A DNA stretch of 64,000 nucleotides from Stenotrophomonas maltophilia (lineage in GTDB: Bacteria > Pseudomonadota > Gammaproteobacteria > Xanthomonadales > Xanthomonadaceae): positions 155,630-219,629 of the forward strand of contig DEVL01000004.1 in assembly GCA_002363385.1 (NCBI GenBank), in the 5' to 3' direction. The notes beneath the pieces are model-generated. The model was given only the letters and a program-made list of their open reading frames with translations. It searched no databases and was not told the DNA's origin. Below are positions 37,851 to 47,210 of the stretch, piece by piece. How positions within the stretch are numbered: the stretch's first letter is position 1; each line of letters begins with the position of its first letter. Position numbers and translations under genes: made by a program.

Positions 37851-38312
37851 ATGTCGAAAGCCACGCCACTCCAGCGTTACGCCATCGCCCTGTCCGTTGC
37901 CCTGCTGATGACTGCGTGTTCGCAGTCACAGGTGGAGAACAGCGCAGATTCCGCCGCCGATCCGGGCCACGCCAGTGGTGAACACGGGTCCGGCTCCTCC
38001 GCCGGCCTGCCGGCCGGCCGCATCGCCGCCGGCGAGGCACGTGCCCAGGTCAAGGGCAAAGCCACCGGCCAGAGCTGCATCGACTGCCACGGGGCGGACG
38101 GCAACAAGCCGATCGACCCGACCTACCCGAAACTGGGTGGGCAGTACGGGGATTACCTGGCGCACAGCCTGCAGGCCTACCGTGCGGGGGATCGCCAGCA
38201 CGCGCTGATGACCCCGCAGGCGACCGACCTGAGCGATCAGGACATCGCCGATCTGGCCGCGTACTTCGGCTCACGGCCGACCCAGCTGCGGGATCTGCAC
38301 GGGTTGAAATGA
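37851..38312 (+). CDS. Monoheme class I c-type cytochrome, a lipoprotein and a paralogue of the preceding gene (153 aa)
   Basis: It has a lipobox (LLMTAC|S), the heme motif CIDCH, and a distal Met in HALMTPQ. The C-terminal half aligns with the upstream cytochrome (..DLSDQDIADLAAYF vs ..SFSEQEIADLAVYL). Confidence 0.82.
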   Translation: MSKATPLQRYAIALSVALLMTACSQSQVENSADSAADPGHASGEHGSGSSAGLPAGRIAAGEARAQVKGKATGQSCIDCHGADGNKPIDPTYPKLGGQYGDYLAHSLQAYRAGDRQHALMTPQATDLSDQDIADLAAYFGSRPTQLRDLHGLK

Positions 38313-38317
38313 GGGCG

Positions 38318-38344
38318 GTAGAGCCGACCAACGGTCGGCTCTAC
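38318..38344. repeat. Perfect SMAG palindrome GTAGAGCCGACC-AA-CGGTCGGCTCTAC
   Basis: This 27-nt element is perfectly self-complementary. It lies between the convergent cytochrome c and uup genes. Confidence 0.9.
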
Positions 38345-38357
38345 AACGATCGCCGGA

Positions 38358-40241
38358 TCAGGCGTCCAGTTCTTCCCAGCGGGCGTACGCCGCATCCAAC
38401 TCGGCCTGCACCTTGGCGAGCTTCGCATTGTGCGCGGCCATGTCGGGCGCGCTGCGCTGATAGAACGCCGGGTCGTTCATCGCGGCGGTGAGCCCTTCGA
38501 CGTCCTTCTCCAGCGTTTCGATCTTCAACGGCAGCTGTTCCAGCTCACGCGCGTCCTTGTAGCTCAGCTTGCGCTTGGGCTCGGCCGGCGCGGCAGCGGC
38601 AGCGGCCGCAGCAACCGGCTTGGCGGACACCACGGGTGCGGACGCAGCCGCGGCGGCCACGCGTGCGGCGTGGCGCTGCCAATCGGTATAGCCGCCCACA
38701 TACTCGCCGACCACGCCATCGCCTTCCATCACCATCGTGGAGGTCACCACGTTGTCCAGGAAGTCACGGTCATGGCTGACCAGCAGCAACGTGCCGGTGT
38801 AATCACTCAGCAGCTCTTCGAGCAGCTCGAGGGTTTCCACGTCCAGATCGTTGGTCGGTTCATCCATCACCAGCAGGTTGGACGGCTGCGCGAACAGCTT
38901 GGCCAGCAGCAGGCGGTTGCGCTCACCACCGGACAACCGGGTGATCGGTGCGCGGGCGCGCTCGGGCGAGAACAGGAAATCCTGCAGGTAGGCATGCACG
39001 TGCTTGCGTTTGCCGTTGAACTCGATGAAATCGCGGCCCTCGGCCACGTTCTCGATCGCGGTCCAGTCTTCGCGCAGCACCGCACGGTACTGGTCGAAGT
39101 AGGCGATCTGCAGGTTGGTACCGGCACGCACTTCGCCGCTCTGCGGCTGCAGGTCGCCCAGCAGCAGCTTGAGCAGCGTGGTCTTGCCGCTGCCGTTCGG
39201 CCCGATCAGGCCGATGCGGTCGCCGCGCAGGATGACGGTGCTGAAGTCCTTGACCATCACGCGCTCGCCGAAGGCGAACGAGATGTCCTTGACGTCGATC
39301 ACCTTCTTGCCGGAGTTCTCCGCCTGCGCCGCTTCCATGCGCACGTTGCCGCCAAGTTCGCGGCGCTGCGAGCGATCGTTGCGCATTGCCTTGAGGCGGC
39401 GCACACGGCCTTCATCGCGGGTGCGGCGCGCCTTGATGCCTTGGCGGATCCAGATTTCTTCCTGCGCGAGCAGTTTGTCGAAGCGCGCGTTTTCCTGCGC
39501 CTGCGCGTTCATGCGCTCTTCGCGGCGGCGTTCGTAGTTGGCCCAGTCGCCCGGCCAGCTGGTGACCTGGCCGCGGTCGATCTCGACGATGCGGGTAGCC
39601 AGTGCACGCAGGAAGCGGCGGTCATGGGTGACGAACACCACGCTGCCGTTCCAGTTCTTGAGGAACATTTCGAGCCAGTCGATGGCTTCGATGTCCAGGT
39701 GGTTGGTCGGTTCGTCGAGCAGCAGCAGATCCGGCGAGGACACCAGCGCGCGGCCGAGCAGCACGCGGCGCTTCATGCCGCCGGACAGGCGCGCGAATTC
39801 GGCATCGCCGTCCAGGTCGAGCTTGGTCAGGGTTTCGCTGACGCGCTGGTCCAGGCCCCAGCCGTTGGCGGCGTCGATCTTGGCCTGCACGGCCGAGAGC
39901 GCATCGCCGTCGAAATCGTCGGCCATGCTCAGGTGGTGGAACTCGGCCAGCCACTGGCCCAGTTCGCCAAGGCCGTCGGCGACCACATCGAAGACGCTGC
40001 CGGCGGCACCGTGCGGCACCTCCTGTTCCAGGCGGGTGATGCGCACCCCCTGCTGCACGCGGACTTCGCCGTCATCGGGCTTGTGATCGCCGGACAGCAG
40101 TTTGAGCAGGGTCGATTTGCCGGCGCCGTTGCGCCCGATCAGGGCGATACGCTCGCCCGGCTCGATCGACAGTTCGGCTTTTTCCAGCAACAGGGGGCCG
40201 CCGACGCTGAAGTCGACGTTTTGCAGAGTAATCAGAGGCAT
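38358..40241 (-). CDS. uup: ABC-F family ATPase Uup (627 aa)
   Basis: It has two ABC cassettes (GRNGAGKSTLLK and GPNGSGKTTLLK, with LSGG signatures), no TM domain, and a C-terminal coiled-coil DNA-binding tail. Confidence 0.85.
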   Translation of the reverse strand: MPLITLQNVDFSVGGPLLLEKAELSIEPGERIALIGRNGAGKSTLLKLLSGDHKPDDGEVRVQQGVRITRLEQEVPHGAAGSVFDVVADGLGELGQWLAEFHHLSMADDFDGDALSAVQAKIDAANGWGLDQRVSETLTKLDLDGDAEFARLSGGMKRRVLLGRALVSSPDLLLLDEPTNHLDIEAIDWLEMFLKNWNGSVVFVTHDRRFLRALATRIVEIDRGQVTSWPGDWANYERRREERMNAQAQENARFDKLLAQEEIWIRQGIKARRTRDEGRVRRLKAMRNDRSQRRELGGNVRMEAAQAENSGKKVIDVKDISFAFGERVMVKDFSTVILRGDRIGLIGPNGSGKTTLLKLLLGDLQPQSGEVRAGTNLQIAYFDQYRAVLREDWTAIENVAEGRDFIEFNGKRKHVHAYLQDFLFSPERARAPITRLSGGERNRLLLAKLFAQPSNLLVMDEPTNDLDVETLELLEELLSDYTGTLLLVSHDRDFLDNVVTSTMVMEGDGVVGEYVGGYTDWQRHAARVAAAAASAPVVSAKPVAAAAAAAAPAEPKRKLSYKDARELEQLPLKIETLEKDVEGLTAAMNDPAFYQRSAPDMAAHNAKLAKVQAELDAAYARWEELDA

Positions 40242-40277
40242 CCGACCATTGTACGGTCTGGCGATGCGCGGCGTCGC

Positions 40278-41174
40278 TTACTGCTGACCGAACGCATCCG
40301 CAGGCAGCCCCAGCAGTTCCCCCAGCGCCGGCGGCACCCGCTTGCCGGGATGGCGTACCAGCCACAGCTGGCGCGACATGGGCGGCACCGGCGTGTCCAC
40401 CTCGGTCAGCCTCCCCAGCGCAAGCAGATCGGCCACCGCCTGCCGCGACAGGCACGCCAGGCCAAGCCCGGCCGCCGCCGCCTGCTTGATCGCCTCGGTG
40501 CTGCCCAGCTGCATGGAACGGGCGAAGTGGTGCAGGTGCGGCAACAGCGCCTGCTCGACCGCCTCGCGGGTACCCGAGCCCGGCTCGCGCAGTAGCCAGC
40601 GGGCCTGCGCCAGCGCCGCGACATCCATGCAGGCCGGCGTCGTTCCCGGCGCGGCCATGATGACCAGTTCATCGCGCTGCCACGGCAGCACCTGCAGGCC
40701 GCTTTCATGGCACGGTCCTTCAATCAGGCCCAGATCCACCTCCAGCCGCTGGACTGCGGCGACCACGTCGGCACTGTTGCCGATCCGCAGGTCCACCTGC
40801 GCATGCGGGTTATCGGCCAGCAGCGCGGCGACGCGGGTCGGCAGCAGGTAGTTGCCGATCGTGGTGCTGGCCCCAAGCCGCAGCAGCAGGGGCTGCGCAC
40901 CGGTTTGGATCTGCCCGACGCCGGCCAGCCGCTCCAGATCGACGGCGGCGGACAGCAGCGCGCGGGCGGGATCCAGCAGCGCCCGCCCCTGCGCGTTGAG
41001 CACCAGCCGGCGCCCGATCCGGTCGAACAGCGGGCCGGCGAGCTGGCTTTCCAGCTCATTGAGGGCAGCGCTGGTGGCCGATTGCGACAACGCCAGCTGC
41101 GCTCCCGCCGCAGCCGTCGTGCCGGCGTCGGCGATGGACACAAAAACCTGCCATTGGCGAAGGGTGAGGTGCAT
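40278..41174 (-). CDS. LysR-family transcriptional regulator, YeiE-like (298 aa)
   Basis: The N-terminal wHTH is LRQWQVFVSIADAGTTAAAGAQLALSQSATSAAL. It is divergent from a yeiH-like gene, as in E. coli yeiE-yeiH. Confidence 0.8.
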   Translation of the reverse strand: MHLTLRQWQVFVSIADAGTTAAAGAQLALSQSATSAALNELESQLAGPLFDRIGRRLVLNAQGRALLDPARALLSAAVDLERLAGVGQIQTGAQPLLLRLGASTTIGNYLLPTRVAALLADNPHAQVDLRIGNSADVVAAVQRLEVDLGLIEGPCHESGLQVLPWQRDELVIMAAPGTTPACMDVAALAQARWLLREPGSGTREAVEQALLPHLHHFARSMQLGSTEAIKQAAAAGLGLACLSRQAVADLLALGRLTEVDTPVPPMSRQLWLVRHPGKRVPPALGELLGLPADAFGQQ

Positions 41175-41278
41175 GCCGCCAATTAACGCACCAAACAGGT
41201 CGAAATGACATAAACAATGCGTTTTACAGGTTCATCAACGGCGCGCAGGCTAGGAAGGTGATCTGACTGGAGACACCT

Positions 41279-42355
41279 GTGAACAGCTCTGCCGCCGCCC
41301 TGCCCTGCTCCACCAACGCCCAACGCTGGCGCAGCCGCCTGCCCGGGCTGCTGCTGACCGGCGCGGTGGCTGCAGCGGCCATGGGACTGGCACCGCTGCC
41401 GTGGTTACAGGCGCACGGCATCAGCGCGCTGACCCTGGCCATCATGCTCGGCATTGCCGTGGGCAACACCGTTTATCCGCGGCTGGCGGCCCATGCCGGC
41501 GCCGGGGTGGGGTTTTCCAAGCACTGGCTGCTGCGGGCGGGCATCGTGTTGTACGGCCTGCGCCTGACCTTCCAGGATATTGGCCAGGTCGGTGTCGGCG
41601 GGGTGCTGATCGATGCGCTGGTGCTGACCAGCACGTTCGTGCTGGCCTGGTGGGCCGGGACGCGGTGGTTCGGGCTCGATCAGCAGAGCGCCCTGCTGAT
41701 CGGCGCCGGCAGCTCGATCTGCGGTGCGGCGGCGGTGATGGCGGCCGAGCCGGTCGTGCGCGGGCGGGCGGAACAGGTGACCGTGGCGGTCTCCACCGTG
41801 GTCGTGTTCGGCACGCTCGCGATGTTCCTGTACCCGGCGCTCTACCAGCTCAACCTCACGCACGGGTGGATCGCGATGAGCGCGCAGACGTATGGCGTGT
41901 TCACCGGCTCGACCGTGCACGAGGTCGCCCAGGTGGTCGCCGCCGGTCGCGCGGTGAGCGAGCCTGCCGCCGACACGGCCGTGATCGCCAAGATGGTGCG
42001 GGTGATGATGCTGGCGCCGTTCCTGGTCGCACTGTCGGTGCTGCTGGCGCGCGGTGGTACGCCTGGCGCGGTCGGCCAACGCGTGAAGATCGTGGTGCCC
42101 TGGTTCGCGTTCGGCTTCGTGGCGGTGGCCGGACTCAATTCGCTGAAGATGCTGCCGGCGGCGGTGGTCAGTGCGGCGATCGATCTGGACACCGTGCTGC
42201 TGACGATGGCGATGGCCGCGCTCGGCCTGACTACGCATGCCTCGGCGCTGCGCAGGGCCGGGATGAAGCCGCTGCTGTTGGCGCTGCTGCTGTTCGGCTG
42301 GCTGCTGGTGGGGGGGCTGGGGATCAATCTGGGCGCGCACGCGCTGCTGGGCTGA
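41279..42355 (+). CDS. yeiH: YeiH/UPF0324-family inner membrane protein, a putative sulfate exporter family transporter (358 aa)
   Basis: It is polytopic and Gly/Ala-rich, with IGAGSSICGAAAV. It is divergent from the LysR gene. The start is GTG. Confidence 0.72.
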   Translation: MNSSAAALPCSTNAQRWRSRLPGLLLTGAVAAAAMGLAPLPWLQAHGISALTLAIMLGIAVGNTVYPRLAAHAGAGVGFSKHWLLRAGIVLYGLRLTFQDIGQVGVGGVLIDALVLTSTFVLAWWAGTRWFGLDQQSALLIGAGSSICGAAAVMAAEPVVRGRAEQVTVAVSTVVVFGTLAMFLYPALYQLNLTHGWIAMSAQTYGVFTGSTVHEVAQVVAAGRAVSEPAADTAVIAKMVRVMMLAPFLVALSVLLARGGTPGAVGQRVKIVVPWFAFGFVAVAGLNSLKMLPAAVVSAAIDLDTVLLTMAMAALGLTTHASALRRAGMKPLLLALLLFGWLLVGGLGINLGAHALLG

Positions 42356-42388
42356 GGCACGCCGGGCGGACTTCTGCGACACTACCGC

Positions 42389-43771
42389 ATGTCTGAATTC
42401 TCCTCCCTGCCGCTGAAACCAGCGCTGCTGCCCGGCATCGATGCCATGGGCTACACCTCGCTCACCCCCGTGCAGGCCCAGAGCCTGCCGGCCATTCTTG
42501 AGCGCCGCGATGTCATCGCACAGGCCCCGACCGGCAGCGGCAAGACCGCCGCCTTCGGCCTGGGCCTGCTGCAGGCGCTGGACCCGTCCGTGACCCGCGC
42601 CCAGGCGCTGGTGCTGTGCCCGACCCGCGAACTGGCCGACCAGGTCGGCAAGCAGATCCGCAAGCTGGCCACCGGCATTCCGAACCTGAAACTGCTGGTG
42701 CTGACCGGCGGCATGCCGCTGGGCCCGCAGCTGGCCTCGCTGGAAGCGCACGACCCGCAGGTCGTCGTCGGTACCCCCGGGCGCATCCAGGAACTGGGCC
42801 GCAAGCGCGTGCTGCATCTGGGTGGCGTGACCACCCTGGTGCTGGATGAAGCCGACCGCATGCTCGACATGGGCTTTGAAGAGCCGATCCGCGAGATCGC
42901 CGGGCGCACCAGCAAGGACCGCCAGACACTGCTGTTCTCGGCGACCTTCCCGGATGAGATCCGCGAGATCGCCCGCGTGCTGCTGCGCGATCCGGTGGAG
43001 GTGACCGTGGAAGGCGCCGATCATGCGCCGGCGATCCGCCACCTGTTCTGCGAGACCGAGCTGGCACTGAAGCAGAAGGCGCTGGCCGGCCTGCTGCTCA
43101 AGTACACGCCGGAATCGGCCGTGGTGTTCTGCAACACCCGCCGCGATGTCGACGATGTCGCCATTTCGCTGCAGCAGTTCGGTTTCTCCGCACTGCCGCT
43201 GCACGGCGAGATGGAACAGCGTGACCGCGACGAAGTGCTGGTGCGTTTCGCGAACCGCAGCTGCAACGTGCTGGTTGCCAGCGACGTGGCCGCGCGTGGG
43301 CTGGATGTGCAGGACCTGGCCGCAGTGATCAATTACGAGCTGCCGACCGATATCGAAACCTACGAGCATCGCGTCGGCCGCACCGGACGCGCCGGTGCCA
43401 CGGGCCTGGCGATCAGCCTGGTGACGCATCGCGAGCGCAACCGCGCCGATGCACTGGAGGCCGCACAGGGCAAGCCGCTGGACTGGCAGAAGACGCCGCT
43501 GGCCACCGCACGCCCGCCGGTGTTGCCGCAGGCGGCGATGACCACGCTGCGCATCGATGGCGGCAAGACCGACAAGCTGCGCCCGGGCGACATCCTCGGC
43601 GCACTGACCGGCGATGCCGGGCTGGCGGCCAAGTACATCGGCAAGATCGACATCTACGCCACGCGCTCGTACGTGGCCATCGCGCGCGAACATGCGGGCC
43701 GGGCAATCGCCCAGCTGGAGGCCGGCAAGATCAAGGGTCGTCGGTTCCGCGTCCGCAAGATGGATGTCTGA
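42389..43771 (+). CDS. dbpA: ATP-dependent RNA helicase DbpA (460 aa)
   Basis: DEAD-box motifs are present: AQAPTGSGKT, DEAD, SAT and HRVGRTGRAG. The DbpA-specific C-terminal RNA-binding domain is also present (LRIDGGKTDKLRPGDILGAL). Confidence 0.9.
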   Translation: MSEFSSLPLKPALLPGIDAMGYTSLTPVQAQSLPAILERRDVIAQAPTGSGKTAAFGLGLLQALDPSVTRAQALVLCPTRELADQVGKQIRKLATGIPNLKLLVLTGGMPLGPQLASLEAHDPQVVVGTPGRIQELGRKRVLHLGGVTTLVLDEADRMLDMGFEEPIREIAGRTSKDRQTLLFSATFPDEIREIARVLLRDPVEVTVEGADHAPAIRHLFCETELALKQKALAGLLLKYTPESAVVFCNTRRDVDDVAISLQQFGFSALPLHGEMEQRDRDEVLVRFANRSCNVLVASDVAARGLDVQDLAAVINYELPTDIETYEHRVGRTGRAGATGLAISLVTHRERNRADALEAAQGKPLDWQKTPLATARPPVLPQAAMTTLRIDGGKTDKLRPGDILGALTGDAGLAAKYIGKIDIYATRSYVAIAREHAGRAIAQLEAGKIKGRRFRVRKMDV

Positions 43772-43774
43772 GCG

Positions 43775-43844
43775 GGAGAGCCGACCGCTGGTCGGCTCCC
43801 CTTTCGTCGCGACGTCTGAGGTGCCGGCCAACGGCCGGCACTAC
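43775..43844. repeat. Two REPs: GGAGAGCCGACCGCTGGTCGGCTCC (43775-43799) and GTGCCGGCCAACGGCCGGCACTAC (43821-43844)
   Basis: One member of each SMAG sequence type lies side by side in the convergent dbpA/apt gap. Confidence 0.8.
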
Positions 43845-43875
43845 CAGGGGCGGTAGGCCCGCGCGGAGTCCCGGC

Positions 43876-44412
43876 TCAATAGACCAGGTTGGCCAGCAGG
43901 GGGACGTCATCCGTCCAGCGGTCGCGGCCACCGAGGCCGGCCAGCTCCACCAGCACCGCCGCACCGACCACTTCGACCTGCAGCTGACGCGCCAGCGACA
44001 ACGCTGCCAGCAAGGTGCCGCCCGTGGCGAGCACATCATCGATCACCAGCACGCGTGCGCCGGCCGGCAAGGCATCAGCGTGCACCTCAATGCTGTCGGT
44101 GCGGTATTCCAGGGTGTAGTCCTGGCGCAGCACCTTGCCGGGCAGCTTGCCCGGCTTGCGCACCGGCACGAAGCCCACGCCCAGCACCCGCGCCATGGCC
44201 GCGCCGAGGATGAAGCCGCGCGACTCGATCCCCATGACCGCCTGCAGGTTGGCATCGCGCCAGGGCGCGACCATCGCATCGATGGCGGCCGCGAAATCCG
44301 GGCCGTCGGCGAGCAGCGGCATGATGTCCTTGAACAGGATGCCCGGCTTGGGGAAATCGGCGATGTCGCGCAGGCGGCCGGCCCAGGCGGGCGTGGCGGA
44401 AGACTCGGTCAT
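43876..44412 (-). CDS. apt: Adenine phosphoribosyltransferase (178 aa)
   Basis: [11 protein letters not shown] is present, with the PRPP-binding loop [13 protein letters not shown]. The start is taken at ATG 44412. Confidence 0.93.
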   Translation of the reverse strand: MTESSATPAWAGRLRDIADFPKPGILFKDIMPLLADGPDFAAAIDAMVAPWRDANLQAVMGIESRGFILGAAMARVLGVGFVPVRKPGKLPGKVLRQDYTLEYRTDSIEVHADALPAGARVLVIDDVLATGGTLLAALSLARQLQVEVVGAAVLVELAGLGGRDRWTDDVPLLANLVY

Positions 44413-44520
44413 GGGTCTGGAAACAAACAGGGTGGCATAGGGTAAACGCTTCGGCGGGGGCCTGCAGATCCCCGGCACCAGGGCATTGCTGCGTTCCAGC
44501 CATGCGTTGATCCGCTCACC

Positions 44521-44550
44521 TCGAATTCGCACACCCGTGCGATAATCGCC
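44521..44550. promoter_or_regulatory. Candidate PcaR (IclR-type) operator upstream of quiA: TCGAATTCGCAC-accc-GTGCGATAATCGCC
   Basis: It contains the inverted repeat TCGCAC/GTGCGA and a CGATAATCG core. The same core is seen at 54803-54817 and 60052-60066. It lies 127-156 nt upstream of the quiA GTG. Confidence 0.5.
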
Positions 44551-44676
44551 CTAACTGGTTGTTCACCCCGCTTCCGCGATAAGCAGCGAAGCGACCAACG
44601 GTCCCCGCCACGCACGGCGCGCGCGGGCCTGTCCGGTGCCGGTCGGCACCGGATTTCCTGTAGAGGTTCATGCAAC

Positions 44677-47145
44677 GTGGACAAGAACACGAAACCGTCG
44701 GCCCTGGGCCGCACTCTGCTGGTCCTGCTTGGCATCGTGGTGATGCTGTTCGGGCTGGCGTTGCTGGTAGGCGGCGTCCGCCTGGTCCAGCTCGGCGGCA
44801 GCTGGTATTTCCTGCTGATGGGCGGCGCATCGCTGCTGGCCGGTCTGCTGCTGGTCCTGCGGCGGCCGATGGGCGCGGCACTGTACGCGGCGGCCTTCAT
44901 CGCCACCGTGGTGTGGGCGCTGGCCGATGCCGGGCTGGAATTCTGGCCCCTGGTCTCGCGACTGGTCATGCCGGCGGTGCTGGCGATGCTGGTGGCACTG
45001 GCCTGGCCGGCACTCAAGCGCGGCCGTGGGCGGCCCGCCGGGCGCTCGGCGTATGCCGTCGCGGCGCTGCTGCTGGTCGGTCTGCTGGGCACGGCGGTCT
45101 CCGCCTTCCAGCCGCGCCCGGTCGTCACCGCCCAGGGCGCACGCCCGGCCGTGGTGCCGGTGGCCAAGGGCAGCGAACAGCGCGACTGGATGCATTGGGG
45201 CAACACCACCGCCGGCACCCGCTTCGCCGCGCTGGACCAGATCACGCCCGCCAATGTGGCGCAGCTGCAGGTGGCATGGACCGCGCACACCGGCGATGTG
45301 CCCCAGAGCGATGGCTTCGGTGCCGAAGACCAGCTCACGCCGCTGCAGATCGGTCAGACCCTGTATCTGTGCACGCCCCACAACCGGGTGATCGCGATGG
45401 ATGTGGACAGCGGCCAGCAGCGCTGGGCGTTCGACCCCAAGGCCACTGCACCGAACTGGCAGCGTTGCCGGGGGCTGGGCTACTTCGATGCCGCGCTGCC
45501 GTTGAACGGCGTGCCCACTGTGGCGGCGGCCGCATCGTCCGGAACGGCTTCGCCCGCAGCACCGCCAGCACCTGCAGCACCACAGGCACCCGCCGCTGCC
45601 GTGACCGGCACACCCCCGGCGATCTGCGAAAAGCGGATCCTGATGACCTCGATCGACGCCCGCCTGTTCGCGCTGGATGCCGCCACCGGCGCACCGTGCA
45701 CCGATTTCGGCGACAACGGCGTGGTCGACCTCAAGCGCGGCATGGGCGAGATCAAGCCCGGCTTCTACACCCTCACTGCCGCGCCGCTGGTGGCCGGTGA
45801 GCTGGTGATCGTGGGCGGCCGCGTGGCCGACAACATCGAGGTCGGTGAACCGTCCGGTGTGGTGCGCGCCTACAACGTGCGGACCGGTGCACTGGCATGG
45901 GTCTGGGACCTGTCCAAGGAAACCCCGGACGTGCCGCTGGATCCCTCGATCCATTACACCCGGGCCACGCCCAATGTATGGACCTCGATGGCCTATGACC
46001 CGCAGCTGGGCCTGGTCTATCTGCCCACCGGCAATACCACGCCTGACCAGTGGGCCGGCGAGCGCACCCCGCAGGATGACAAGTACAGCTCGGCGGTGGT
46101 GGCGCTGGATGTGGCCACCGGCAAAGAGCGCTGGGTGTACCAGACCGTGCATCACGATCTGTGGGATTACGACCTGCCCGCGCAGCCGACCTTGACCGAC
46201 GTACCCGATGGCAAGGGCGGCACCCTGCCCGCCCTGCTGCAGATCACCAAGGCCGGGCAGGTGTTCATGCTCAACCGCGCCACCGGCCAGCCGATCACCG
46301 AGGTGCGCGACATCAAGGCGCCGCAGGGCAAGGCTGATGGTGAGCGCTACTCGCCGACGCAGCGCCTGTCGGTCGGCCTGCCGCAGATCGGTGCGCAGAC
46401 CCTGACCGAATCGGACATGTGGGGCGCCACGCCGATCGATCAGATGCTGTGCCGCATCCAGTTCAAGGGCTTCCGTTACGAGGGCATGTTCACCCCGCCG
46501 GGCGAAGACCTCGCGCTGCAGTGGCCCGGTTCGCTGGGCGGCATGAACTGGGGCAGCGCATCGGTGGATCCGACCACCGGCTACCTGTTCGTCAACGACA
46601 TGCGCCTGGGCCTGTGGACCAAGCTCATTCCGCGCGCGCAGATGACCGAAGGCGCAGGCGGTGTGGAGATGGGCGCGGCCTCGCAGACCGGCACACCGTA
46701 TGGCTCGCTGCGGGATCGCTTCCTGTCCAAGCTGGGCATCCCGTGCCAGAAGCCGCCGTTCGGCACGATGTCGGCGATCAACCTGGCCACCCACGAACTG
46801 GTGTGGCAGGTGCCGGTCGGTACGGTGAAAGACACCGGACCGATGGGCATCAAAATGCGCCTGCCGATTCCGATCGGCATGCCGACGCTTGGCGGTTCGC
46901 TGGCCACGCAATCGGGATTGCTGTTCTTCGCCGGTACCCAGGATTACTACCTGCGCGCCTATGACAGCCGCACCGGCGAAGAGGTATGGAAGGCCCGCAT
47001 GCCGGTGGGCAGCCAGGGCACGCCGATCACCTATGTGTCGCCGAAAACCGGTCGCCAATACGTGGTGATTTCGGCTGGCGGTGCACGTCAGTCGCCGGAT
47101 CGCGGTGACTACGTGATCGCCTACGCGCTGCCGGCGACGCGCTGA
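44677..47145 (+). CDS. quiA: Membrane-bound PQQ-dependent dehydrogenase of the glucose/quinate/shikimate family. Context suggests quinate/shikimate dehydrogenase (quinone) (822 aa).
   Basis: Five N-terminal TM helices are followed by a PQQ beta-propeller (W-containing repeats, DLWDYD). It neighbours pcaR and the qui/pca array. Sequence alone cannot exclude glucose dehydrogenase (Gcd). The start is GTG. Confidence 0.65.
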   Translation: MDKNTKPSALGRTLLVLLGIVVMLFGLALLVGGVRLVQLGGSWYFLLMGGASLLAGLLLVLRRPMGAALYAAAFIATVVWALADAGLEFWPLVSRLVMPAVLAMLVALAWPALKRGRGRPAGRSAYAVAALLLVGLLGTAVSAFQPRPVVTAQGARPAVVPVAKGSEQRDWMHWGNTTAGTRFAALDQITPANVAQLQVAWTAHTGDVPQSDGFGAEDQLTPLQIGQTLYLCTPHNRVIAMDVDSGQQRWAFDPKATAPNWQRCRGLGYFDAALPLNGVPTVAAAASSGTASPAAPPAPAAPQAPAAAVTGTPPAICEKRILMTSIDARLFALDAATGAPCTDFGDNGVVDLKRGMGEIKPGFYTLTAAPLVAGELVIVGGRVADNIEVGEPSGVVRAYNVRTGALAWVWDLSKETPDVPLDPSIHYTRATPNVWTSMAYDPQLGLVYLPTGNTTPDQWAGERTPQDDKYSSAVVALDVATGKERWVYQTVHHDLWDYDLPAQPTLTDVPDGKGGTLPALLQITKAGQVFMLNRATGQPITEVRDIKAPQGKADGERYSPTQRLSVGLPQIGAQTLTESDMWGATPIDQMLCRIQFKGFRYEGMFTPPGEDLALQWPGSLGGMNWGSASVDPTTGYLFVNDMRLGLWTKLIPRAQMTEGAGGVEMGAASQTGTPYGSLRDRFLSKLGIPCQKPPFGTMSAINLATHELVWQVPVGTVKDTGPMGIKMRLPIPIGMPTLGGSLATQSGLLFFAGTQDYYLRAYDSRTGEEVWKARMPVGSQGTPITYVSPKTGRQYVVISAGGARQSPDRGDYVIAYALPATR

Positions 47146-47151
47146 GCCCCA

Positions 47152-47178
47152 CGCGCCACGGTCACTGACCGTGGCGCG
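47152..47178 (+). terminator. Perfect 12-bp hairpin between quiA and pcaR with no T tract
   Basis: CGCGCCACGGTC-act-GACCGTGGCGCG lies 7 nt after the quiA stop. Confidence 0.45.
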
Positions 47179-47210
47179 GCGGCTTCGCTTCGCTGCGTGC
47201 AGCCCTTACC

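Noticed and set aside
41195-41235. A LysR (YeiE) operator in the yeiE/yeiH divergent gap: ATAAAC-aatgc-GTTTTA
   Set aside because: The inverted repeat is only imperfect, with 4-5 bp arms. T-N11-A-like patterns are too common to call without binding data.
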